Below are positions 41,919 to 56,200 of a DNA stretch of 64,000 bases, piece after piece. Origin of the DNA: the human T2T-CHM13v2.0 reference genome, Homo sapiens; NCBI RefSeq assembly GCF_009914755.1, contig NC_060925.1; one strand, given 5' to 3'. Below the pieces are notes generated by a model. That model did no database searches. It had not been told where the DNA came from and was given only the letters and a program-made list of their open reading frames with translations. The position numbers and the translations under genes are program-made. The number at the start of each line of letters is the position of its first letter. The first letter of the stretch is position 1.

Positions 41919-44900
41919 ATGAAATTGAAATGGATGGACTCATCATCGAATGGATTCGAATGGAATCATCGAATAAAATTGATTGAAATCATCATCGAAT
42001 TGAATCGAATTGTATCATTGAATGGAATCGAATGGAATCATCATCAGATGGAAATGAATGGAATCGTCATAGAATGGAATCGAATGGATTCATTGAATGG
42101 AATCAGATGGAATCATCGAATGGACTGGAATGGAATCATTGAATGGACTCGAAAGGGATCATGATTGAATGGAATTTAATGGAATCATCGAATGGTCTCG
42201 ATTGGAATCATTATCAAATGGAATCGAATGGAATCACCGAATAGAATCGAATGGAACAATCATCGAATGGACTCAAATGGAATTATCCTCAAATGGAATC
42301 GAATGGAATTATCGAATGCAATCGAATGGAATTATCGAATGCAATCGAATAGAATGATCGAATGGACTCGAATGGAATCATCGAATGGAATGGAATGGAA
42401 CAGTCAATGAACTCGAATGGAATCATCATTGAATGGAATCGAATGGAATCATCGAGTGGAATCGAATGGAATTATGATCAAATGGAATCGAATGTAATCA
42501 TCATCAAATGGAATCAAAAATAACCATCATCAATTGGTATTGAATGGAATTGTCATCAAATGGAATTCAAAGGAATCATCATCAAATGGAACCGAATGGA
42601 ATCCTCATTGAATGGAAATGAAAGGGGTCATCATCTAATGGAATCGCATGGAATCATCATCAAATGGAATCGAATGGAATCATCATCAAATGGAATCTAA
42701 TGGAATCATTGAACAGAATTGAATGGAATCGTCATCGAATGAATTGAATGCAATCATCGAATGGTCTCGAATGGAATCATCTTCTAATGGAAAGGAATGG
42801 AATCATCGCATAGAATCGAATGGAATTATCATCGAATGGAATCGAATGGTATCAACACCAAACGGAAAAAAACGGAATTATCGAATGGAATCGAAGAGAA
42901 TCTTCGAACGGACCCGAATGGAATCATCTAATGGAATGGAATGGAATAATCCATGGACTCGAATGCAATCATCATCGAATGGAATCGAATGGAATCATCG
43001 AATGGACTCGAATGGAATAATCATTGAACGGAATCGAATGGAATCATCATCGGATGGAAACGAATGGAATCATCATCGAGTGGAAATGAAAGGAGTCATC
43101 ATCTAATGGAATTGCATGGAATCATCATAAAATGGAATCGAATGGAATCAACATCAAATGGAATCAAATGGAATCATTGAACGGAATTGAATGGAATCGT
43201 CATCGAATGAATTGACTGCAATCATCCAATGGTCTCGAATGGAATCATCTTCAAATGGAATGGAATGGAATCATCGCATAGAATCGAATGGAATTATCAT
43301 CGAATGGAATCGAATGGAATCAACATCAAACGGAAAAAAACGGAATTATCGAATGGAATCGAAGAGAATCATCGAATGGACCCGAATGGAATCATCTAAT
43401 GGAATGGAATGGAATAATCCATGGACTCGAATGCAATCATCATTGAATGGAATCGAATGGAATCATCGAATGAACTCGAATGGAATCATCATTGAATGGA
43501 ATCGAATGGAATCATCGAGTGGAATCGAATGGAATTATGATCAAATGGAATTGAATGTAATCATCATCAAATGGAATCAAAAATAACCATCATCAATTGG
43601 TATTGAATGGAATTGTCATCAAATGGAATTCAAAGGAATCATCATCAAATGGAACCGAATGGAATCCTCATTGAATGGAAATGAAAGGGGTCATCATCTA
43701 ATGGAATCGCATGGAATCATCATCAAATGGAATCGAATGGAATCATCATCAAATGGAATCTAATGGAATCATTGAACAGAATTGAATGGAATCGTCATCG
43801 AATGAATTGAATGCAATCATCGAATGGTCTCGAATGGAATCATCTTCTAATGGAAAGGAATGGAATCATCGCATAGAATCGAATGGAATTATCATCGAAT
43901 GGAATCGAATGGTATCAACACCAAACGGAAAAAAACGGAATTATCGAATGGAATCGAAGAGAATCTTCGAACGGACCCGAATGGAATCATCTAATGGAAT
44001 GGAATGGAATAATCCATGGACTCGAATGCAATCATCATCGAATGGAATCGAATGGAATCATCGAATGGACTCGAATGGAATAATCATTGAACGGAATCGA
44101 ATGGAATCATCATCGGATGGAAACGAATGGAATCATCATCGAATGGAAATGAAAGGAGTCATCATCTAATGGAATTGCATGGAATCATCATAAAATGGAA
44201 TCGAATGGAATCAACATCAAATGGAATCAAATGGAATCATTGAACGGAATTGAATGGAATCGTCATCGAATGAATTGACTGCAATCATCCAATGGTCTCG
44301 AATGGAATCATCTTCAAATGGAATGGAATGGAATCATCGCATAGAATCGAATGGAATTATCATCGAATGGAATCGAATGGAATCAACATCAAACGGAAAA
44401 AAACGGAATTATCGAATGGAATCGAAGAGAATCATCGAATGGCCCCGAATGGAATCATCTAATGGAATGGAATTGAATAATCGATGGACTCGAATGCAAT
44501 CATCATCGAATGGAATCGAATCGAATCATCGAATGGACTCGAATGGAATAATCATTGAATGGAATCGAATGGAATCATCATCGGATGGAAATGAATGGAA
44601 TCATCATCGAATGGAATCGAATAGAATTATGGAATGAAATCCAGTGTGATCATCATCGAATGGACCCGAATGGAATCATCATCCAACGGAAGCTAATGGA
44701 ATCAACATCGAATGAATCAAATGGAAACACCATCGAATTGAAACGAATGGAATTATCATGAAATTGAAATGGATGGACTCATCATCGAATGGATTCGAAT
44801 GGAATCATCGAATAAAATTGATTGAAATCATCATCGAATGGAATCGAATGGTATCATTGAATGGAATCGAATGGAATCATCATCAGATGGAAATGAATGG

Positions 44901-47900
44901 AATCGTCATAGAATGGAATCGAATGGATTCATTGAATGGAATCAGATGGAATCATCGAATGGACTGGAATGGAATCATTGAATGGACTCGAAAGGGATCA
45001 TGATTGAATGGAATTGAATGGAATCATCGAATGGTCTCGATTGGAATCATTATCAAATGGAATCGAATGGAATCACCGAATAGAATCGAATGGAACAATC
45101 ATCGAATGGACTCAAATGGAATTATCCTCAAATGGAATCGAATGGAATTATCGAATGCAATCGAATGGAATTATCGAATGCAATCGAATAGAATCATCGA
45201 ATGGACTCGAATGGAATCATCGAATGGAATGGAATGGAACAGTCAATGAACTCGAATGGAATCATCATTGAATGGAATCGAATGGAATCATCGAGTGGAA
45301 TCGAATGGAATTATGATCAAATGGAATCGAATGTAATCATCATCAAATGGAATCAAAAATAACCATCATCAATTGGTATTGAATGGAATTGTCATCAAAT
45401 GGAATTCAAAGGAATCATCATCAAATGGAACCGAATGGAATCCTCATTGAATGGAAATGAAAGGGGTCATCATCTAATGGAATCGCATGGAATCATCATC
45501 AAATGGAATCGAATGGAATCATCATCAAATGGAATCTAATGGAATCATTGAACAGAATTGAATGGAATCGTCATCGAATGAATTGAATGCAATCATCGAA
45601 TGGTCTCGAATGGAATCATCTTCTAATGGAAAGGAATGGAATCATCGCATAGAATCGAATGGAATTATCATCGAATGGAATCGAATGGTATCAACACCAA
45701 ACGGAAAAAAACGGAATTATCGAATGGAATCGAAGAGAATCTTCGAACGGACCCGAATGGAATCATCTAATGGAATGGAATGGAATAATCCATGGACTCG
45801 AATGCAATCATCATCGAATGGAATCGAATGGAATCATCGAATGGACTCGAATGGAATAATCATTGAACGGAATCGAATGGAATCATCATCGGATGGAAAC
45901 GAATGGAATCATCATCGAGTGGAAATGAAAGGAGTCATCATCTAATGGAATTGCATGGAATCATCATAAAATGGAATCGAATGGAATCAACATCAAATGG
46001 AATCAAATGGAATCATTGAACGGAATTGAATGGAATCGTCATCGAATGAATTGACTGCAATCATCCAATGGTCTCGAATGGAATCATCTTCAAATGGAAT
46101 GGAATGGAATCATCGCATAGAATCGAATGGAATTATCATCGAATGGAATCGAATGGAATCAACATCAAACGGAAAAAAACGGAATTATCGAATGGAATCG
46201 AAGAGAATCATCGAATGGACCCGAATGGAATCATCTAATGGAATGGAATGGAATAATCCATGGACTCCAATGCAATCATCATCGAATGGAATCGAATGGA
46301 ATCATCGAATGAACTCGAATGGAATCATCATTGAATGGAATCGAATGGAATCATCGAGTGGAATCGAATGGAATTATGATCAAATGGAATTGAATGTAAT
46401 CATCATCAAATGGAATCAAAAATAACCATCATCAATTGGTATTGAATGGAATTGTCATCAAATGGAATTCAAAGGAATCATCATCAAATGGAACCGAATG
46501 GAATCCTCATTGAATGGAAATGAAAGGGGTCATCATCTAATGGAATCGCATGGAATCATCATCAAATGGAATCGAATGGAATCATCATCAAATGGAATCT
46601 AATGGAATCATTGAACAGAATTGAATGGAATCGTCATCGAATGAATTGAATGCAATCATCGAATGGTCTCGAATGGAATCATCTTCTAATGGAAAGGAAT
46701 GGAATCATCGCATAGAATCGAATGGAATTATCATCGAATGGAATCGAATGGTATCAACACCAAACGGAAAAAAACGGAATTATCGAATGGAATCGAAGAG
46801 AATCTTCGAACGGACCCGAATGGAATCATCTAATGGAATGGAATGGAATAATCCATGGACTCGAATGCAATCATCATCGAATGGAATCGAATGGAATCAT
46901 CGAATGGACTCGAATGGAATAATCATTGAACGGAATCGAATGGAATCATCATCGGATGGAAACGAATGGAATCATCATCGAATGGAAATGAAAGGAGTCA
47001 TCATCTAATGGAATTGCATGGAATCATCATAAAATGGAATCGAATGGAATCAACATCAAATGGAATCAAATGGAATCATTGAACGGAATTGAATGGAATC
47101 GTCATCGAATGAATTGACTGCAATCATCCAATGGTCTCGAATGGAATCATCTTCAAATGGAATGGAATGGAATCATCGCATAGAATCGAATGGAATTATC
47201 ATCGAATGGAATCGAATGGAATCAACATCAAACGGAAAAAAACGGAATTATCGAATGGAATCGAAGAGAATCATCGAATGGCCCCGAATGGAATCATCTA
47301 ATGGAATGGAATTGAATAATCGATGGACTCGAATGCAATCATCATCGAATGGAATCGAATCGAATCATCGAATGGACTCGAATGGAATAATCATTGAATG
47401 GAATCGAATGGAATCATCATCGGATGGAAATGAATGGAATCATCATCGAATGGAATCGAATAGAATTATGGAATGAAATCCAGTGTGATCATCATCGAAT
47501 GGACCCGAATGGAATCATCATCCAACGGAAGCTAATGGAATCAACATCGAATGAATCAAATGGAAACACCATCGAATTGAAACGAATGGAATTATCATGA
47601 AATTGAAATGGATGGACTCATCATCGAATGGATTCGAATGGAATCATCGAATAAAATTGATTGAAATCATCATCGAATGGAATCGAATGGTATCATTGAA
47701 TGGAATCGAATGGAATCATCATCAGATGGAAATGAATGGAATCGTCATAGAATGGAATCGAATGGATTCATTGAATGGAATCAGATGGAATCATCGAATG
47801 GACTGGAATGGAATCATTGAATGGACTCGAAAGGGATCATGATTGAATGGAATTGAATGGAATCATCGAATGGTCTCGATTGGAATCATTATCAAATGGA

Positions 47901-50900
47901 ATCGAATGGAATCACCGAATAGAACCGAATGGAACAATCATCGAATGGACTCAAATGGAATTATCCTCCAATGGAATCGAATGGAATTATCAAATGCAAT
48001 CGAATGGAATTATCGAATGCAATCGAATAGAATCATCGAATGGACTCGAATGGAATCATCGAATGGAATGGAATGGAACAGTCAATGAACTCGAATGGAA
48101 TCATCATTGAATGGAATCGAATGGAATCATCGAGTGGAATCGAATGGAATTATGATCAAATGGAATCGAATGTTATCATCATCAAATGGAATCAAAAATA
48201 AACATCATCAATTGGTATTGAATGGAATTGTCATCAAATGGAATTCAAAGGAATCATCATAAAATGGAACCGAATGGAATCCTCATTGAATGGAAATGAA
48301 AGGGGTCATCATCTAATGGAATCGCATGGAATCATCATCAAATGGAATCGAATGGAATCATCATCAAATGGAATCTAATGGAATCATTGAACAGAATTGA
48401 ATGGAATCGTCATCGAATGAATTGAATGCAATCATCGAATGGTCTCGAATGGAATCATCTTCTAATGGAAAGGAATGGAATCATCGCATAGAATCGAATG
48501 GAATTATCATCGAATGGAATCGAATGGTATCAACACCAAACGGAAAAAAACGGAATTATCGAATGGAATCGAAGAGAATCTTCGAACGGACCCGAATGGA
48601 ATCATCTAATGGAATGGAATGGAATAATCCATGGACTCGAATGCAATCATCATCGAATGGAATCGAATGGAATCATCGAATGGACTCGAATGGAATAATC
48701 ATTGAACGGAATCGAATGGAATCATCATCGGATGGAAACGAATGGAATCATCATCGAGTGGAAATGAAAGGAGTCATCATCTAATGGAATTGCATGGAAT
48801 CATCATAAAATGGAATCGAATGGAATCAACATCAAATGGAATCAAATGGAATCATTGAACGGAATTGAATGGAATCGTCATCGAATGAATTGACTGCAAT
48901 CATCCAATGGTCTCGAATGGAATCATCTTCAAATGGAATGGAATGGAATCATCGCATAGAATCGAATGGAATTATCATCGAATGGAATCGAATGGAATCA
49001 ACATCAAACGGAAAAAAACGGAATTATCGAATGGAATCGAAGAGAATCATCGAATGGACCCGAATGGAATCATCTAATGGAATGGAATGGAATAATCCAT
49101 GGACTCGAATGCAATCATCATCGAATGGAATCGAATGGAATCATCGAATGAACTCGAATGGAATCATCATTGAATGGAATCGAATGGAATCATCGAGTGG
49201 AATCGAATGGAATTATGATCAAATGGAATTGAATGTAATCATCATCAAATGGAATCAAAAATAACCATCATCAATTGGTATTGAATGGAATTGTCATCAA
49301 ATGGAATTCAAAGGAATCATCATCAAATGGAACCGAATGGAATCCTCATTGAATGGAAATGAAAGGGGTCATCATCTAATGGATTCGCATGGAATCATCA
49401 TCAAATGGAATCGAATGGAATCATCATCAAATGGAATCTAATGGAATCATTGAACAGAATTGAATGGAATCGTCATCGAGTGAATTGAATGCAATCATCG
49501 AATGGTCTCGAATGGAATCATCTTCTAATGGAAAGGAATGGAATCATCGCATAGAATCGAATGGAATTATCATCGAATGGAATCGAATGGTATCAACACC
49601 AAACGGAAAAAAACGGAATTATCGAATGGAATCGAAGAGAATCTTCGAACGGACCCGAATGGAATCATCTAATGGAATGGAATGGAATAATCCATGGACT
49701 CGAATGCAATCATCATCGAATGGAATCGAATGGAATCATCGAATGGACTCGAATGGAATAATCATTGAACGGAATCGAATGGAATCATCATCGGATGGAA
49801 ACGAATGGAATCATCATCGAATGGAAATGAAAGGAGTCATCATCTAATGGAATTGCATGGAATCATCATAAAATGGAATCGAATGGAATCAACATCAAAT
49901 GGAATCAAATGGAATCATTGAACGGAATTGAATGGAATCGTCATCGAATGAATTGACTGCAATCATCCAATGGTCTCGAATGGAATCATCTTCAAATGGA
50001 ATGGAATGGAATCATCGCATAGAATCGAATGGAATTATCATCGAATGGAATCGAATGGAATCAACATCAAACGGAAAAAAACGGAATTATCGAATGGAAT
50101 CGAAGAGAATCATCGAATGGCCCCGAATGGAATCATCTAATGGAATGGAATTGAATAATCGATGGACTCGAATGCAATCATCATCGAATGGAATCGAATC
50201 GAATCATCGAATGGACTCGAATGGAATAATCATTGAATGGAATCGAATGGAATCATCATCGGATGGAAATGAATGGAATCATCATCGAATGGAATCGAAT
50301 AGAATTATGGAATGAAATCCAGTGTGATCATCATCGAATGGACCCGAATGGAATCATCATCCAACGGAAGCTAATGGAATCAACATCGAATGAATCAAAT
50401 GGAAACACCATCGAATTGAAACGAATGGAATTATCATGAAATTGAAATGGATGGACTCATCATCGAATGGATTCGAATGGAATCATCGAATAAAATTGAT
50501 TGAAATCATCATCGAATGGAATCGAATGGTATCATTGAATGGAATCGAATGGAATCATCATCAGATGGAAATGAATGGAATCGTCATAGAATGGAATCGA
50601 ATGGATTCATTGAATGGAATCAGATGGAATCATCGAATGGACTGGAATGGAATCATTGAATGGACTCGAAAGGGATCATGATTGAATGGAATTGAATGGA
50701 ATCATCGAATGGTCTCGATTGGAATCATTATCAAATGGAATCGAATGGAATCACCGAATAGAATCGAATGGAACAATCATCGAATGGACTCAAATGGAAT
50801 TATCCTCAAATGGAATCGAATGGAATTATCGAATGCAATCGAATGGAATTATCGAATGCAATCGAATAGAATCATCGAATGGACTCGAATGGAATCATCG

Positions 50901-53274
50901 AATGGAATGGAATGGAACAGTCAATGAACTCGAATGGAATCATCATTGAATGGAATCGAATGGAATCATCGAGTGGAATCGAATGGAATTATGATCAAAT
51001 GGAATCGAATGTAATCATCATCAAATGGAATCAAAAATAACCATCATCAATTGGTATTGAATGGAATTGTCATCAAATGGAATTCAAAGGAATCATCATC
51101 AAATGGAACCGAATGGAATCCTCATTGAATGGAAATGAAAGGGGTCATCATCTAATGGAATCGCATGGAATCATCATCAAATGGAATCGAATGGAATCAT
51201 CATCAAATGGAATCTAATGGAATCATTGAACAGAATTGAATGGAATCGTCATCGAATGAATTGAATGCAATCATCGAATGGTCTCGAATGGAATCATCTT
51301 CTAATGGAAAGGAATGGAATCATCGCATAGAATCGAATGGAATTATCATCGAATGGAATCGAATGGTATCAACACCAAACGGAAAAAAACGGAATTATCG
51401 AATGGAATCGAAGAGAATCTTCGAACGGACCCGAATGGAATCATCTAATGGAATGGAATGGAATAATCCATGGACTCGAATGCAATCATCATCGAATGGA
51501 ATCGAATGGAATCATCGAATGGACTCGAATGGAATAATCATTGAACGGAATCGAATGGAATCATCATCGGATGGAAACGAATGGAATCATCATCGAGTGG
51601 AAATGAAAGGAGTCATCATCTAATGGAATTGCATGGAATCATCATAAAATGGAATCGAATGGAATCAACATCAAATGGAATCAAATGGAATCATTGAACG
51701 GAATTGAATGGAATCGTCATCGAATGAATTGACTGCAATCATCCAATGGTCTCGAATGGAATCATCTTCAAATGGAATGGAATGGAATCATCGCATAGAA
51801 TCGAATGGAATTATCATCGAATGGAATCGAATGGAATCAACATCAAACGGAAAAAAACGGAATTATCGAATGGAATCGAAGAGAATCATCGAATGGACCC
51901 GAATGGAATCATCTAATGGAATGGAATGGAATAATCCATGGACTCCAATGCAATCATCATCGAATGGAATCGAATGGAATCATCGAATGAACTCGAATGG
52001 AATCATCATTGAATGGAATCGAATGGAATCATCGAGTGGAATCGAATGGAATTATGATCAAATGGAATTGAATGTAATCATCATCAAATGGAATCAAAAA
52101 TAACCATCATCAATTGGTATTGAATGGAATTGTCATCAAATGGAATTCAAAGGAATCATCATCAAATGGAACCGAATGGAATCCTCATTGAATGGAAATG
52201 AAAGGGGTCATCATCTAATGGAATCGCATGGAATCATCATCAAATGGAATCGAATGGAATCATCATCAAATGGAATCTAATGGAATCATTGAACAGAATT
52301 GAATGGAATCGTCATCGAATGAATTGAATGCAATCATCGAATGGTCTCGAATGGAATCATCTTCTAATGGAAAGGAATGGAATCATCGCATAGAATCGAA
52401 TGGAATTATCATCGAATGGAATCGAATGGTATCAACACCAAACGGAAAAAAACGGAATTATCGAATGGAATCGAAGAGAATCTTCGAACGGACCCGAATG
52501 GAATCATCTAATGGAATGGAATGGAATAATCCATGGACTCGAATGCAATCATCATCGAATGGAATCGAATGGAATCATCGAATGGACTCGAATGGAATAA
52601 TCATTGAACGGAATCGAATGGAATCATCATCGGATGGAAACGAATGGAATCATCATCGAATGGAAATGAAAGGAGTCATCATCTAATGGAATTGCATGGA
52701 ATCATCATAAAATGGAATCGAATGGAATCAACATCAAATGGAATCAAATGGAATCATTGAACGGAATTGAATGGAATCGTCATCGAATGAATTGACTGCA
52801 ATCATCCAATGGTCTCGAATGGAATCATCTTCAAATGGAATGGAATGGAATCATCGCATAGAATCGAATGGAATTATCATCGAATGGAATCGAATGGAAT
52901 CAACATCAAACGGAAAAAAACGGAATTATCGAATGGAATCGAAGAGAATCATCGAATGGCCCCGAATGGAATCATCTAATGGAATGGAATTGAATAATCG
53001 ATGGACTCGAATGCAATCATCATCGAATGGAATCGAATCGAATCATCGAATGGACTCGAATGGAATAATCATTGAATGGAATCGAATGGAATCATCATCG
53101 GATGGAAATGAATGGAATCATCATCGAATGGAATCGAATAGAATTATGGAATGAAATCCAGTGTGATCATCATCGAATGGACCCGAATGGAATCATCATC
53201 CAACGGAAGCTAATGGAATCAACATCGAATGAATCAAATGGAAACACCATCGAATTGAAACGAATGGAATTATC
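41919..53274 (+). repeat. Local higher-order repeat: 4 tandem copies of a 2839-bp dimer (1776 + 1063)
   Basis: Landmarks at 41919, 44758, 47597, 50436 and 53275 are each 2839 apart. Each copy shares CATCGAGTGGAAATG, ATCATCCAATGG, GGCCCCGAAT, TTGAATAATCGATGG and GAATCGAATCGAATC. Confidence 0.93.
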
Positions 53275-56200
53275 ATGAAATTGAAATGGATGGACTCATC
53301 ATCGAATGGATTCGAATGGAATCATCGAATAAAATTGATTGAAATCATCATCGAATGGAATCGAATGGTATCATTGAATGGAATCGAATGGAATCATCAT
53401 CAGATGGAAATGAATGGAATCGTCATAGAATGGAATCGAATGGATTCATTGAATGGAATCAGATGGAATCATCGAATGGACTGGAATGGAATCATTGAAT
53501 GGACTCGAAAGGGATCATGATTGAATGGAATTGAATGGAATCATCGAATGGTCTCGATTGGAATCATTATCAAATGGAATCGAATGGAATCACCGAATAG
53601 AATCGAATGGAACAATCATCGAATGGACTCAAATGGAATTATCCTCAAATGGAATCGAATGGAATTATCGAATGCAATCGAATGGAATTATCGAATGCAA
53701 TCGAATAGAATCATCGAATGGACTCGAATGGAATCATCGAATGGAATGGAATGGAACAGTCAATGAACTCGAATGGAATCATCATTGAATGGAATCGAAT
53801 GGAATCATCGAGTGGAATCGAATGGAATTATGATCAAATGGAATCGAATGTTATCATCATCAAATGGAATCAAAAATAACCATCATCAATTGGTATTGAA
53901 TGGAATTGTCATCAAATGGAATTCAAAGGAATCATCATCAAATGGAACCGAATGGAATCCTCATTGAATGGAAATGAAAGGGGTCATCATCTAATGGAAT
54001 CGCATGGAATCATCATCAAATGGAATCGAATGGAATCATCATCAAATGGAATCTAATGGAATCATTGAACAGAATTGAATGGAATCGTCATCGAATGAAT
54101 TGTATGCAATCATCGAATGGTCTCGAATGGAATCATCTTCTAATGGAAAGGAATGGAATCATCGCATAGAATCGAATGGAATTATCATCGAATGGAATCG
54201 AATGGTATCAACACCAAACGGAAAAAAAACGGAATTATCGAATGGAATCGAAGAGAATCTTCGAACGGACCCGAATGGAATCATCTAATGGAATGGAATG
54301 GAATAATCCATGAACTCGAATGCAATCATCATCGAATGGAATCGAATGGAATCATCGAATGGACTCGAATGGAATAATCATTGAACGGAATCGAATGGAA
54401 TCATCATCGGATGGAAACGAATGGAATCATCATCGAATGGAAATGAAAGGAGTCATCATCTAATGGAATTGCATGGAATCATCATAAAATGGAATCGAAT
54501 GGAATCAACATCAAATGGAATCAAATGGAATCATTGAACGGAATTGAATGGAATCGTCATCGAATGAATTGACTGCAGTCATCGAATGGTCTCGAATGGA
54601 ATCATCTTCAAATGGAATGGAATGGAATCATCGCATAGAATCGAATGGAATTATCATCGAATGGAATCGAATGGAATCAACATCAAACGGAAAAAAACGG
54701 AATTATCGAATGGAATCGAAGAGAATCATCGAATGGACCCGAATGGAATCATCTAATGGAATGGAATGGAATAATCCATGGACTCGAATGCAATCATCAT
54801 CGAATGGAATCGAATGGAATCATCGAATGGACTCGAATGGAATAAACATTGAACGGAAACGAATGGAATCATCATCGGATGGAAATGAATGGAATCATCA
54901 TCGAATGGAATCGAATAGAATTATGGAATGAAATCCAGTGTGATCATCATCGAATGGACCCGAATGGAATCATCATCCAACGGAAGCTAATGGAATCAAC
55001 ATCGAATGAATCGAATGGAATCACCATCGAATTGAAACGAATGGAATTATCATGAAATTGAAATGGATGGACTCATCATCGAATGGTTTCGAATGGAATC
55101 ATCGAATAAAATTGATTGAAATCATCATCGAATTGAATCGAATTGTATCATTGAATGGAATCGAATGGAATCATCATCAGATGGAAATGAATGGAATCGT
55201 CATAGAATGGAATCGAATGGATTCATTGAATGGAATCAGATGGAATCATCGAATGGACTGGAATGGAATCATTGAATGGACTCGAAAGGGATCATGATTG
55301 AATGGAATTGAATGGAATCATCGAATGGTCTCGATTGGAATCATTATCAAATGGAATCGAATGGAATCACCGAATAGAATCGAATGGAACAATCATCGAA
55401 TGGACTCAAATGGAATTATCCTCAAATGGAATCGAATGGAATTATCGAATGCAATCGAATGGAATTATCGAATGCAATCGAATAGAATCATCGAATGGAC
55501 TCGAATGGAATCATCGAATGGAATGGAATGGAACAGTCAATGAACTCGAATGGAATCATCATTGAATGGAATCGAATGGAATCATCGAGTGGAATCGAAT
55601 GGAATTATGATCAAATGGAATCGAATGTAATCATCATCAAATGGAATCAAAAATAACCATCATCAATTGGTATTGAATGGAATTGTCATCAAATGGAATT
55701 CAAAGGAATCATCATCAAATGGAACCGAATGGAATCCTCATTGAATGGAAATGAAAGGGGTCATCATCTAATGGAATCGCATGGAATCATCATCAAATGG
55801 AATCGAATGGAATCATCATCAAATGGAATCTAATGGAATCATTGAACAGAATTGAATGGAATCGTCATCGAATGAATTGAATGCAATCATCGAATGGTCT
55901 CGAATGGAATCATCTTCTAATGGAAAGGAATGGAATCATCGCATAGAATCGAATGGAATTATCATCGAATGGAATCGAATGGTATCAACACCAAACGGAA
56001 AAAAACGGAATTATCGAATGGAATCGAAGAGAATCTTCGAACGGACCCGAATGGAATCATCTAATGGAATGGAATGGAATAATCCATGGACTCGAATGCA
56101 ATCATCATCGAATGGAATCGAATGGAATCATCGAATGGACTCGAATGGAATAATCATTGAACGGAATCGATTGGAATCATCATCGGATGGAAACGAATGG

